This document shows, piece after piece, positions 37,698 through 51,496 of a stretch of 64,000 bases of DNA. The DNA comes from Glaucostegus cemiculus (Eukaryota). The first letter of the stretch is position 1, and each line of letters starts with the position of its first letter. The stretch lies in NCBI GenBank assembly GCA_976551045.1, contig CDPCPM010000021.1, forward strand, positions 8,680,001-8,744,000, read 5' to 3'. The translations under genes and the position numbers were made by a program. The notes under the pieces were generated by a model that made no database searches, had not been told where the DNA came from, and worked only from the letters and a program-made list of their open reading frames with translations.

Positions 37698-40600
37698 CTA
37701 AAACAAGAAGGAAAACAAGAGAGAAAATTATAATTATTCAGCATATGTTCATTAGAAAATGACCTTTTAAGCAGAACCCTGTTCCCAAAGAATGGGTGAC
37801 TATGGTCAGGCCACAATTAGCTGCCATCCTGGTTGACCTGTGGAGTGGGGATAGGCTTCTCTGTTGACCCTTACAAACCTCCTGGTGTTGGTGTTCCCAA
37901 TACCAATACAAAAGAGGCGACCTTTCATGATAAAGGAACAATGATCTGTGTTTCTATCCATTGATCCTTTTGTAACTGAGGCATCATGGAAGTAAATCCA
38001 CAGACAGAGAACTGAAGGGAAGAGTACTTAATGAGGAAGCAGTTGAAGAATTCGTATTACAGGACTATGATAGATTGAGGCAGAGTACAGTCAACGTGTC
38101 CCTTTAGTACAAACTATAGAAGTCAATGAACTTTATGAAACTAGGAATGCTCTTCCTCACAACATACATCAATCCTATTGCGTGATAAACAGATTATCAT
38201 GAAAAACCTTTGTTTAGAAAGTTATGGACCAAACGCTGGCAAATGGGACGAGCTTGAATGGGTCATCTTGGTTGGCATGGGCCAGTTGGGCTGAAGGGCC
38301 TGTTTTCATGCTGCATGACTCCATGGATGTAATGTCTTTCATGATCTTTGTATGGCTCAAAGCGCTTTGCCACCAATTTGTTCTTTTTGAAGCATTGTTT
38401 CAGTGGTGGAAAAGAGGTAGCCAGTTTCTGCACAGCAACCTCCCACAACAATGGGTTACTGGTCAGATGACGTTCCTTTAGGCAGAGTTTGAAGGATGAC
38501 TTCAGATGTACATATAAAGACTGCTGCATCTCCAGCAGATGAATCCACCTTTTGACTGGGTTTGTTATGTGGTCATGCTGTGGTCAGGCAGATAGTGACG
38601 TGGCATGAGCCCCTGTGTTACTTGTATTGATCTTCCAGTACCTACTGTCTACCTCACACTCAGCAGTGACGACTACAAATTCTTGGTGTCTCTTTCCTAT
38701 CCATTTGACAGATACCATGGATGAAAGGAGGCGTCTTGGGATGTGTGACCTGCTCTATTCTCTTAGATACCTGATGTCAATAGGATGCATTAGTTTTAAT
38801 TCTCAATTTATCAACCCAGAGTCTGATAGAGCATGAGTAACATTTTGTCTATTTTGTACGGTTGTCTGAAGGTGGGTAGATAGTTAAAACTGTTTGGTTT
38901 ACTTAATCCCACCTGGGAGTGAGTCAAGGACATTGAGGAGCCATTAATCCCCTTAACAGGTGGGATAGGATTGGTTCAGAAGTTAAAGCACTACATGACC
39001 TCATCTACTTCCACAAGTAGCAAGGGGTGGAATAAGGAGTGGGAGCCACTTAGAAGGGAGGGTGCCAGTTTAACCTATTTAGCGGATTTATTGGTGGACA
39101 TGTCAGGCCTCAGGAAAGTTAGCAACTGAAGAGAGGTGTAAGTAGTTTTAGGAAGAGAGGCAGAAGTGTTTACCCCATCCCCAGCTTGTAAGAAGGGGAG
39201 TGACACAGCTGTGCATTAACAGAGATGGACACGCAATGCCAAAATACTGCTGCGTATGCCGCCCTGAATATTTCTGCTCCACAACTACAGTAAAGCACTA
39301 GTCTCTATCCGTTACATTAAAGGGGCTGTACTTTTTACATTGCAATGCTTTTATCCTTTCATTTCTGGTAACTACAGGAATTGTTCCAAGAGGACAGACA
39401 ACTGAGGTCTTTCTTTCAGCTGTTTTTCAGCATGTCACAGCTGCTGTACAACTGCATAAGGGCCAGCTGTTTAAGACCTGCTCCTGGGACAGCTTCATGC
39501 TTCAAGAGCTGATCTCACACTGACCAGCAGTGCCTTTTAATGCAGATGCTGTTGATCACTTTAGTGTGTTGTTTTTTTAAAAATATATTTTACTATGCTA
39601 GGTTCTATTTTAAAATATCTTCCTGGATAATTGTAAAGCATGAAATCAGTCATTGTGGCAAAACTTATTTTTTTTAGTCTCCACTTAATCTGCCACATTT
39701 CCTACCCATCCCAAAGTTTTCATATCTATACTATTCCCTTGGCTGGTAAAAAGTAACAGTCTTGCAAACGGGCACATCCATGAAAAACTATATTAACTAT
39801 TGCACAACACATCAAGCAGTTTTCCATTCTTTTCCTATCAGCTGTTCAAGACAGGCAAACTCATACTGGTGAAGCAAGATTGATTTCTACATTGCCTCAA
39901 GTTTGGAGGATCCACTATGATTGTTTCAAAAACCACCACTGCTACAAAATATGCAACGGGAGGGGTAAACTCAGATAATTGCCACAGTCATTCACTCATT
40001 TAAACTGCTGGATCTAAATGGGTAGTATCATGTCAATTAATTGACAGAAATTGAATTACATTTCAGGCAAGATATACTGTGAGCAGCCAACACGATTGTG
40101 CCCATTATGTGCCACGGCAGATACCATTTTCTACCCCAACACATTTTGTCTTTAGGAACGATATGTACAAAATTCATTGAAACGCCTTTGAACATATACA
40201 ACCTATTTCATTCACCCAATTTCACGTGTGTTCAAATCAGAAACTAGCATCCAACAATGAGAAAATTACAGTGACTGCAAAACACCACAGAATGGTTGCA
40301 AGTTGCAAATTAAACTTTACAATTACAGACATATTTCTGGTGGCATTAGATGGTTCAACCTGTTACTCAGTTTGTGTTCCTTTAGTAATTGCTTCCAAAG
40401 ATGGTAAACACCAGTTTTCTGATTTTAATAGCAGATGAAAGATTTTTTTATTTGACTGACAGTGATGAGAATGGTGTTTCAAACTATTGTTGATTCCTCC
40501 TGTGTCTTTGGCAGGCATGGTTATTGGTTCTTTAAAACTACAGACCCTAGTGGCAAGTCTTCCCCAGGGAAAGAAAACCAATAGGTTGCCGTATTCCTCT

Positions 40601-41225
40601 GGGGAAGATCCATTCTGCAGGGAAAGGTTTTGGAACTTCTTTTCAATATGAGTCCTTCGCTGTGAGGTGTGCATTTCCAGCCTTCTCAACCTGGCTTGAC
40701 CATCAAGCCACTTAATTTTAGTGACGTCCCATGAAGAAAGTTTTCAATGCTTTGTTCCAAATCATCATTTTAAATAAGCTTTAAAATAGCAAAGAAATGT
40801 AAGCAGATGCAGCAGTATATAATGATGGACTGCTTAAATGGCTGGATTTCTCATAATGTTTCCAGATCCAATTGGGTTTGTGTGTTCCAGATGTTTTACC
40901 CTTTCCCATCTGCATTCCCTCAAGCAAAATTCCCCGATGATGGCAGATTAATATCTGGATGTGTGGAATTAATATTTAATAACAAAATGTGGAATGACAT
41001 TCAGATACAAAAGCACTGCTCTGAGCTCAACTGGAAACAGAAGCATACCTTTGGTACAAAGGTCTCCAGCACTGGGGTTTTGCTCATGTTATGCCCGGGG
41101 AGCGTTGTAGAGCTATTGATAGAGATTAATTGCCATGGTTGATCATCAACTCCACTGTCATTGTATCCTGTGACCTCTGAGATAGCAGGAAGCAGACAGA
41201 CCTCAGTCATTTCAGACAGACCTCA

Positions 41226-41525
41226 GGACGGCACGGTAGCCTAGTGGTTAGCACAATGCTTTACAGCGCCAGCGACCCGGGTTCAAATCCGGCCACTGTC
41301 TGTAAGGAGTTTGTACGTTCTCCCCGTGTCTGTGTGGGTTTCCTCCGGGTGCTCTGGTTCCCTCCCACTTTCCAAAGACGTACAGGTTAGAAAGTTATGG
41401 GCGTGCTATGTTGGTGCCGGAAGTGTGGCGACACATATGGGCTGCCTCCTCAAATGTCACTACACAAAAGATATATTTCACTGTGTGTTTTGATGTACAT
41501 GCGATTAGTAAAGATCTTATCTTAT
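41226..41525 (+). mobile_element. V-SINE, 'atctt'-tail subfamily
   Basis: Head ggacggcacggtagcctagtggttagc, V-domain, tail gctatgttggtgccggaag...gatcttatcttatc. Confidence 0.85.
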
Positions 41526-42914
41526 CATTTTTGATCTCAGAGATCACATGTTCCACATTGTGCCATGTCTGGGTCATAATCAAGTTCAACAGCATCATCT
41601 AAAGGCTGAATGGCATTTAGTTTTAATTTATTTGAAAAGCACATTTTGGAATTACCAGCATCAAGCAGGAAGTAAATGGAAATTTCAGTGTCTGCAGATG
41701 TCAGTGTGGTGCAAGTTAAACACCCTTCACCTAATGTCAGAGACTGAAAAGTGCAGCAAAGCATTTCAATATAAATTATATCAGCTCTGCCATATTAATT
41801 TACATGTTGCTGTGCTGTAGAAGGGGTTTAAATGCAAGTTCATAAAAAGACATGAAGGCACGTTAATTAGCCACTGTAATATTGCTCCTTGTGGGTGGGT
41901 GGGTGGTAGTATATGGGGAGGAGTTGAAGGAAATGTGGAGAGAACAGGTTACAGGGAAAATTCATGGAGGAAATAAGATTGCTCTGAGAGCCAGCATAGG
42001 CTCAATGGACCTCCTCCGATGTAATAAGGAAATAAGGAAATTATTACTGTTGGTGTGGATAAGCAGGTTTATTTTTCAAGGATCATTTCAAATGACTAAA
42101 TTGTGCAGAATTGATACCACTGGGATCAGACCTTTACTGCCAAAATGGATTTAACTGTGTTTTGGCTCGATTTATTATGTTTTACTCAAGCAGAATGCTT
42201 TGCACATGCAAGCTCCAGAACAAAAAGGTTTATGCTCTAGCTGAAGGCAGAAATGTGATTAAAAAATACGGCCACAGGGTCATGCAACATGGAAACAGGC
42301 ACTTCGGCCCATTAAGCCTGGGCTGACCATGAAGCACCCTACTACACTAATCCCATTTTATTCTCCCCACTTTCCTATCAATTTATCCCAGTTTATAGCA
42401 CTCACCTACTCACTAGGGGCCATTTAACCTACCATTGTCCATTGGTCATTCAGAGCCTTTCTATATGCCTCCACTGTACTACTTACCTAAACTTTGTTGG
42501 GTTTCAGTTCTTAAGTTCTTACTGCTACCACCCATCAGTGGCATAGTTCTATGGTCTGGGGAGGAGCTGTGTTAGGGTAGTGAAGGGACTTTCAAACAGG
42601 CATTTATCAAGCTGCGAACACAAACTTTATTAGTTCTTTAATGTGATGCTTCCTGTGGGACAGGAGCTTTGAAGCACAAACTGACTAGTGAGTAGTTGAG
42701 TGGTAGGATCTGGGGAGAGTTTACAAGAATGTAGGGAAAATAAAAAGAAGGGATTAATGTAGGATTAGTGTAAAGGGTGCCTGTTTCCATGCTGTATCTC
42801 AATGACTAGGTGCTAGCAATGTGTTCCTGGTCTTTCAATAATGTTGCCAATTTACATTGCAACAGCCTGGTCAATGCAAATGTGATATCATTAAAATATA
42901 CACAATTCTGTTGG

Positions 42915-43265
42915 GCCTGACAGGGTAGATGCAGGGAAGATGTTTCTCCTGACTGAGGTGTTTAGAACATGGGTTTCCAAATCAGAGGGTGGCCATTTAG
43001 CACTGAGGTGAGAAGACGTTTCTTCACCAAGACCATAATAATTCTTTGGCATTCTCCACCCAAGTGGGCTGTGGAAGCTCAGTTGATGAGTGTATACAAA
43101 ACAAAGATCGAGAGATTTTTGGATATTAAGGGATTGAAGTAGTATGGGTTTGGTACAGGTAAATTAAAAAGTATAAAATAAAGTGGCATTGAGGTGAAAT
43201 ATCAAGCATAAGCAGACAAGATGGGCTGAATAGTCTATCTTACTTCTATTTCTCATGGTCTTAAG
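42915..43265 (+). mobile_element. CR1-type LINE 3' fragment
   Basis: 'gacagggtagatgcagggaagatgtttctcc...gaggtgagaagacgtttcttcacc'. Confidence 0.7.
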
Positions 43266-43299
43266 TTCTTATTAATGGTTTCAGCTCTGTGGCAGGAAC

Positions 43300-44050
43300 A
43301 GAAGTATGAACTCAACATTTAGACAAGGGATAAGTGGTACTTATTTCACCCACAACAGCCTCTCAAGGACTTGGAGAGGAATGATACAGAGGGTAGTTTT
43401 CAAGGATGGAAGGAATGAATATGGTCAATTTGAAGAGAAGAAGAACAGTTCCTGGGAAGAAAGTCTAGTTAAAATTTTCAGCTTGCATAGAGGCCAAGAA
43501 GACAAGTTGTGTGGCCACCTGTGTAGTTGGGATAACATCTGGAGAACAAGCCGTGAGGCTTTTGATGAGATTGAAACTAGAGAAAAATGTTGGGAATGGG
43601 AGAGTGGGGATCCCAGAACTTTGGTCCAGTGGGCGGAAGGGAAGCAAGAGAGGTGGCTGGCTAGATGACATGAATCTTGAGGGCAGAGGCAGCCACAAGC
43701 TCTTCCTATTCAAGATAAGAGAGGAGGAGGCTTTAAGGAGATGGTTTGTTCTGAAGAAGTGAAGCCACAGAGCATCACTCCAGGATGATGCTGGAACAGA
43801 GAGCAGTTTTGAGTGAGGAGAACAGCGTCTGATGATTCCTTACGTGATCCAGCCAGGTCTGCCATTGAATGGATAAACCAGATGCCTGCTGTAAATACCC
43901 AAGTCTGCATTCCCTGGATTTTAGGCATTGGCGGTAAAGCCGTGCCAGGGAGAACAACCAGGGTGAGAGACAATATTGGCTTTAATGGAGTCCAGGCCAA
44001 CAAGGGTCAGAGTGATTGGCAAGTCCGGTAGCTGCAGAAAGTTTATGATG
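43300..44050 (-). mobile_element. Degenerate L2-like ORF2 fragment
   Basis: The reverse strand gives QTWLDHVRNHQTLFSSLKTALCSSIILE and PSSEQTISLKPPP, resembling the L2 endonuclease-RT linker. Confidence 0.55.
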
Positions 44051-46217
44051 AAAGCAGGGCAATATGATAAGTAGCTATGGATAGAAATACTAGATAAGTG
44101 ACTATGTGCTGTATTCTGCATCAAAAATTTGTTTGGATTAAAGAGGTGTTTCTGTTCCTTAGGATTGGAAAACACAGCTGCAAATGTCTTGGGAGAGATG
44201 ATCAAATTATTTCTTCTCATTCAATCAATGTTCTGTTGGTTGTATTCTTTTTCAGGAAAAAAAGGCTTTTTGACTTCCTTTCACCAGTTTAATGAAATGA
44301 TTATATGAGATTCATATAAAAAAGAGCACTGTAGAAAGGTGTCAGTTTGCTATCTGTTCATAGCTACAGGAGCTATGTACATCTGTAATAAATTTTGAAT
44401 GAGAGTTTAAGGACAGCCAACACAATTGCACTGAGTAAAGTCTTTATGACCTCTGATTATTTCCATATCACAGACTATTCCCAGGGGCAGAGTGATTTTC
44501 TTTGGTACCCCATCACGATTTAAGCACTAATAAGGGCAATAAGTGCCCAAGGTCCACAGTCTTTGCTAGCACATCATGATCTAATGAATGACTGCTCTTG
44601 GCAATGGATTAATGATTTTGGTTCCTAGGCATTTATTGCCTTTATTAATGTTAAATGGGAATAAGCTTGCACAACTTTAATGCTTAAAGGAGAATTCCCA
44701 CTAGGCCTTCACTATACTTTTAATAAGGCACATGGAAAAACAATTCACTAGAAAAATTGTCACAAAATTTGCACACGTGCGCAATGTATCCAAACATAGG
44801 ACCACACCCTCACCCTCCCCAATCTCATAAAATAACCACAGAAATTCACAAAAACCTTTGAACAGCATTGTTCTTGGTGAAGATAGGAAATTTGATGGTT
44901 TCTCACAAAGTGCACCTCTAATAATACATCCTGAACTTCGGCCACACAACCCCCAGTTACCCTGTTATCTTTACACATCTATAAACATGTCAGAACAGAC
45001 TCTGGAACAAGGATCCTTGGCTCCATCAATAGAGGCATAACATATAAAAGCACAAGAAAGTTAATCCGAACCCTGTGGAGATGACTGGTGTGGTCAGTGG
45101 TGAGCATTGTGGTTATTGTTGGGCACCATGCATTGGGAAGGATATCAAGGTCCGAATGGAGTGCAGAGGAGCTTTACTGGTAAAGGTCGAAGAGCAGATT
45201 TGAGAAAATTGGTCAAAATCGTGGTTTTGAGAGAGAAAATAAAATCAAAATTTCTAAAGGCAGGAGGGTCAGTACTTGGATGGAACAGATTAAGGGTGAG
45301 TGGTGAACAAAGTAGAACTGAGGTAATGAGCAGTTACAATGCACTGCCTGAAAGGATACTGGAAGCAGATTCAACAGGAAGGAAGTGGTGGATGACTCAA
45401 AGTGGAGATTTACTTCTGTAATCGGCTAAGAGCAGATAGTAGAATTAATTGGAAAGCTATAAAAAAATGTTGAAACAGCCTAGATGCCCTCCTTCTGTAT
45501 TGTAACATTCCAAGTCTAAAAGTATTGTGGATAAAGTGTATCATGACTCAGTGCACCATGTACTCAGGTAGGGCTTAAAGGAAAAATTGGGAGGGGAGGG
45601 TGGCAGGGATTCTAAACTCTTTGAGAATGTACATCTTTATGACCAAAATTGTATACTTCAATACATAGAAGCACAGCTGTTGCAGATCTGTGGATGGTAC
45701 AGTGGGACAGCAGCCGATGTGGAATATATGCATTGATCCAGCCAGTGCTGATCAGGATGGAGCCAAAGAGTTCAGCCAATGTGCAGATGCACTGCAGGCA
45801 ATAACTTCTTTCATTAGTTTTCCTGCATCCAAAAAACACCTACAATTCTAATTATTTCCCAGGTTGTTAACTCTAATTACGCTATTTCTAGAAAGGTTTA
45901 TCACAGGACATCCTACCTCCTGCCTCTCCTTTCCCATCGTTAAATTATTTTATAGCAAGTTTTCAAAGGAAATGAGTAAACAAACCTATTTCCCCCTCTT
46001 GGGTTCCTCACAGCAGTGTCTGAGAGAATAAGGGATCCCTGGACACAACATAAGAGTCAGTTCTTCTTAAGCAGGTATATTTGATGTCCCAACAAACTGC
46101 TATTTACATCAACTTTCCCAAAAATCCACCATTCTTCCAAGAAGGCCAGAGCTGGTAAAGAGGAAAACCTTCCAGAATCAATTCTCCCATGTAGAAAGAC
46201 TAGCCTTTCAACAGTGA

Positions 46218-46322
46218 ATTCTGAAAGACGTACGGGTAGGTTAATTTGGGGGTTTAAAATGGGCGGCGCAGACTCGTTGGGCCGAAGGGGCCTGTTACCA
46301 CACAGTAAATAAAATTTTAAAA
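46218..46322 (-). mobile_element. 5'-truncated young V-SINE (tail only)
   Basis: Sequence matches the tail of the 11110/47743 family. Note: it reads 'aaagacgtacgggtaggttaatttgg...ctgttaccacacagtaaataaaa' in the same direction as the + copies, so the true orientation is probably +. Confidence 0.6.
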
Positions 46323-47384
46323 AATAAGTTCTCTTCTTAATGCTTTGCAATCTGTTCTCCTGAATGCAATATCTCATAAATTCCACTTTCTTAAATATTA
46401 GTAATGAATTCAAACTGTAACATTTATCTACACTTGTTGCCTTTGTCCTTTTAGGTGACAGAGGTCATGGGTTTCTCAAGTATTTTCCACAGGGCCTAAT
46501 ACTTGCTTCAGAAGTACTTAATTGAGTATGAAGTGGCTTGGAATGTCCTGCGTTATTGAAAGGTATTCATATTCTTTATTGTTTCATTTAGTCTTCTCTC
46601 AAGAGGTATTTAAAAACTAGGGTTAATGATCTTAAAAAAGCAGAGTGGGGATTGGAAGTTGGGGATGGGTAGGTATAATTTTAACCTAATCCAGCAGGTG
46701 GGAACCTGACCTGATTCATCATCTATTTTACATACCAAGTTCCAGCTTCTTATCAACATTCACTGCCTTTGCCTGAGAAGTACAAATATGAGCAACATCT
46801 GAGGATAATAACAGTTCAGTTGCCATGTTGCTCTAAGCCTACAGAGTACTTACTCACTATGGAGGTTCACATCTAAAAAAATGGCCGCTTGCTTGCTGCA
46901 TCTATTGAAATTTTACCTTATTAAAGTTGTCCAGTGCCAAGGAAGGAGTGAGGCAGCAAATTGGACTAAACAGAATTGGAGCTTGCAAATCTCCTCAGTT
47001 TACACATTTCCTCCCAGAACTATTTTATTGTAATTACTGCTGGTAAAATAAAAATGCAAGCCATGTGTCATACAGCTTACACTTGAGACAATTATTTAGT
47101 CAAGGCACAGCAAGATGTCTTTCAGTCACACGGGAAAAGAACCACAAGCCTTGAGGTAAAATTAAAATATTCTGTTGGCTTTCTGAAAAAACAAACTGGT
47201 GACTATATGACATTTACATGTTTATTTTGCACTCATGATGCAACTTACTCGAGAAGAAGATAACTGTAACGGGATTCTAATTCTAATTAAAGTATTTATA
47301 GGTCCCACATTCATGAGATTTAACATTTAAAAAGGGCCTTTTATTTAATGCTTAGGATTGGCAAGGCATCAGATTGGAATTGTA

Positions 47385-48010
47385 AATTACCGCTGCCTTG
47401 GGAAAATGGCTAACATAATGAAAGACCCGACCCACCCTGGACATTCTCTCTTCTCCTGCTCTCCCATCGGGCTGAAGATACAAAAGCCTGAAAACTCATA
47501 CCACAAGGCTCAGGGTCAGCTTTTATCCCACTGTTATAAGATTATTGAACGGTCCCCTTGTATGATAAAATGGGCCCTTGGCTTCACAAGCTACCTCATT
47601 ATGGCCTTGCACCTTATTGTTTGCCTGCACTGCACTTTCTCCGTACATGTAACACTTCATTCTGCCTTCTGTTATTGTTTGCCATTGTACTACTTCAATG
47701 CACTGCTGTAATGAAATTATCTGTATGGATGGAATGCAAAACGGCACGATAGCGTAGCGGTTAGCGCAACGCTGCTACAGCGCCAGCGACTGGGGTTCGA
47801 TTTCTGTCGCTGTCTGTAAGGAGTTTGTACGTTCTCCCATGTCTGCGTGGGTTTCCTCCGGGTGCTCCGGTTTCCTCCCACATTCTAAAGATGTACGGGT
47901 AGGTTAATTTGTGGGTTTAAAATGGGCGGCATGGACTTGGAGGGCCGAATAGGCCTGTTACCACGTTGTAAATAAAAAAAAACAAAGTTTTTCACTGTAC
48001 AATAATAGAC
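47385..48010 (+). mobile_element. Rex1-like LINE 3' end with a young V-SINE (47743-47980) inserted
   Basis: The LINE tail 'gatggaatgcaaaa' resumes as 'acaaagtttttcactgtac' after the SINE. Confidence 0.8.
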
Positions 48011-48164
48011 CAATTTACCAACTTAGCATTTGTATTGGATAATGACTGAATAAATGGTTAAGCAACAATCATAATTAATGAGGCATGAAGTAGTCCAGTG
48101 CTGTGTGGGTGGACTTATCTTGGTTGCAATCAAAGACTAATTTATACAAAATGGAAACAATTAC

Positions 48165-48369
48165 CAGCCATTTTGCAGGAAAATGAAAAAACAATGATGT
48201 CATCAAATGCCCAAGTGTAGTCTGGATGAGGAGGAAAGAATGCCAGGTTTTTTGTAGCTTCACGACGCAAATCAATGAGGAACGTGGAATGGACCATGGG
48301 AACAGGATAACAACCCAAACGCTTCCACTCGCGGATTGGAACGTAATCAGGAGTCCGCTTATAGTAACC
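48165..48369 (-). CDS. COLGALT2: COLGALT2 coding exon 5
   Basis: Acceptor tttccatctag|GGT and donor G|gtaatt; 205 nt. Translates [68 protein letters not shown](G). Confidence 0.96.
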
Positions 48370-49649
48370 CTAGATGGAAACAGGAAACAGTGAGCGAAAA
48401 ATAATAGTGTGCATGAGTGTCATGCAAGAGTGTTATTTGAACTCCTTTGTGAGCATTGCCACACTGGACTGAGAACAGAGTGAGACAAATACAGAGCTTG
48501 GTATATCTCTGTCTTTGCAGCTATCTGTTTCTTATGCTTGTCTAAATGTTAAACACCTAGTGTAGTGTAAAAGTGATAATAAAAATGTGTCAATGTTTGC
48601 ACGCGCATGATATTTAGAACCATTACAGTTGCCTAGAAATCATGCAAAACCTGACACCTTAATAGTAGTCCTGATTCTTGGGGCAAACGATATACATAAT
48701 TGCAGACCAAGGGCAGGGGTCACATGCTGGTAGCGTATTAACCTGCTAGTACACTTTGCCTATTGCATAGTGAAGGACCTTGCAATGAAACCCACTACAG
48801 TAGGCAGCAGCTTCTCTTGGTGAAGTAACAGTAAATACTAAACAGGAACAGTGCTGAGGATGTCTTCTAAGGGAAATCAGTGCCAATGCCGAAGGAGCAC
48901 TGAGAAGTGGAGCTGCGATTGACCCATGAATACAGACACCCTGAAAAGCTGCCCGATAGAGAGTAACGGTTGCCAGGCAAATTATAATAATAAAACTTAA
49001 GTTTTGTTTGTGTCCAACCACAAAGAGCAAGGATGCCCTGGCGATTGTGATTAAAGAGGAATGACAATTCTTGTAACACATCAGTGGTTCTCGTTTCTTA
49101 GCAATTTAAAGTAAACAAACATTACATAATATGGAGTGTATGAACCATCTGTGGAGCGATTAACTTTCTGACAAGCAACTTTGGTAACTGTGGAGGAATG
49201 CCTTTTGAGGCAGGGAGTTACCTCTGTCCTTTCACTTTTGAGCGTCTCGACTCCAATTTAACTCAGACCCAAGGAAGGAATAGCTTGACTTGCTGTGCAT
49301 ATAGTTTGAGGTAAAATCAGCTTGTGTGGTCTCAACTCAGCTCCAAGTGAGTGAGTGAAGTTGACCAATAATAACTATAATGAACAATTGAGTTGAAAGG
49401 GAATAAGAGTGGCTGGTGGGAGAAACAAAAGGATTATGGGTGCATACTTAAGATAAGGATGAGACCATCAAATTAGAAAAGAACTGGAAGGTTAGATCAG
49501 CAGTGTTACCTTAAGCACCCTGATCAAACAGGTCCCGCTATGGTCTGGAAACCTAAGAGTGGATGCAGGGATGATGTTTCCCAGGGTTTGGGTATGCAGA
49601 ATCAAGAATGACAATCTCAAAATAAAGGACTGGCCACTCAGGACGGAGA

Positions 49650-50663
49650 TTGGCCGCTCCTGTTCACCTTGTTGACTCACGACTGCGTGGCCAGATCCAG
49701 CTCCAACCACATTGTTAAATTCGCTGACGACACGACAGTGGTGGGTCTCGTCGTGAAGAACGATGAGACAGACTATAGAGAAGAGGTGAAGCAATTGGCC
49801 ATGTGGTGCAGCAACAACAACCTCTCCCTGAATGTGGAAAAAACCAAGGAGATGGTAGTGGATTTCAGGAGAGGTCGCCGTGTGCACACCCCGCTGACCA
49901 TCAATGGGTCTGTGGTGGAACAAGTCAGCAGCACCAAGTTCCAAGGGGTGCACATTGCTGATGACCTGACCTGGTCCATTAACACCACGGCCCTCACTAA
50001 GAAAGCCCAGAAACGCTCTATTTCCTGCAGAGACTGAGGAAAGTGAACTCCCATCCTACGGTAATGAAAACCTTTTATAGAGGGATCATCGAGAGTATCC
50101 TGACACACTGCATCACTATCTGGTTTGGGAGCTGCTCAGCTGCTGGACGGAAGTCCCTCCAGAGTATAGTGAGAACAGCGGAGAAGATCATAGGTGTCTC
50201 TTTGCCCTCTATTGCAGATATATATAAGGATCGATGTATTAGAAAGGCCACAAATATAATGTCAGACCCTTCTCACCCCTCCTACCATCTCTTCACACTC
50301 TTGCCGTCTGCATCCGGGCAAGGACAACCAGAAAGTGCAATAGCTTCTTCCCACAAGCCATTAGAACTGTGAACTCCCTCATCCCTCCATCACTCTCGCC
50401 AACACTAAAAGATGCTAGGTGTGCAGAAACGCACCAGCACTTTAAATGTCCGCTGCCAGTACGCTCACTTTAAGATTATTTATTTAAGTGGTATAATTTA
50501 ATTTAGTGGTTCTAATGTTTTTAGTGTCTCTCTGTCTTTGTGTTTCTCAGTGTCTGTTTCTCTTTTTTTTCAATGTGACGTGCACCTTGACCTGTGGAGT
50601 ACGGTATTTCACTCCTATGTATACCGTATGTGTATATGGTAGTGACAATAAAACTGATTCTGA
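49650..50663 (+). mobile_element. Rex1/Babar-type LINE, 5'-truncated, nested in a CR1 fragment (49555-49650 and 50664-50890)
   Basis: LLTHDCVARSSSNHIVKFADDTTVVGLV...KTKEMVVDFRR and FYRGIIESILTHCITIWFG. Tail aataaaactgattctga. The CR1 'ggacggagat|atgaggagaa' is split around it. Confidence 0.9.
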
Positions 50664-51361
50664 TATGAGGAGAAGTGAAACTTTGGAATTCCTTACAAAG
50701 GCTGAGGAGCCCAGTTGCTGATGATATTCAATAGGGAGACTGATAAATGACTGATAAATGTTTGCAAATTAAGTGAATCAAGGGTTATGGGGTTAGTCCG
50801 GGAAAGTGGCACTGAAGCTGATGTGATCTTGTTGAATGGTGGAGCAGACAAGTGGGCTGAGTGGCCTTCTCCTGCTTCTATTTCTTATATTTTTATCTGG
50901 AGCTGTATCCAATACTGCAATCATTTGGATAGATTTACTTAACAAAAAAGAAGTATTTTTAAGATAGGCATATTATGTTGTGATCATATTACTAAAGCAG
51001 AAGTCTAGAATAATAACTTGATTTCAAATCCTACTGCAGCTTTCTGAGTATTTAAGTTCAAGTTGAATCTGGGAAAGTACAGACCTGGAGCACTGAATGG
51101 TCTTATCCTATGGAATAAGCGTTAGTGGAGAATAATGTGCATAAAAATCTACTTTGAGTAAAAGTAGCCCTGCAGCTGCTAGATTGAGGTAAAAACTCAA
51201 GCAATTCATTAGTGTCATTGAGGGAAAGAAGCCAGCCATCCTTACCTGATCAGGACATATGGATACTATTCAAGAGATTTATTGGGAGAGAAAAGAATAC
51301 TAAATCAACAATTTACTGACTTAATAACAGGGCTTAGGACCGCTGGTTTAAAGCAACTTAC

Positions 51362-51496
51362 TTGTGGTGTCATCCCGCACCAGAAATTTGAGTACAAAGT
51401 GCTTGAGTCCAACATGGGTGCAACCACAGTCAAATTTTCAGCAATCATCATATTTAGTGTCTGCTCATTCGTCAAGAAGTTATCTGTATCAACAAA
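51362..51496 (-). CDS. COLGALT2: COLGALT2 coding exon 4 (N-terminal domain DxD motif)
   Basis: Acceptor cttccag|TTT and donor CAA|gtaagt; 135 nt. Translates [45 protein letters not shown]. Confidence 0.95.
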
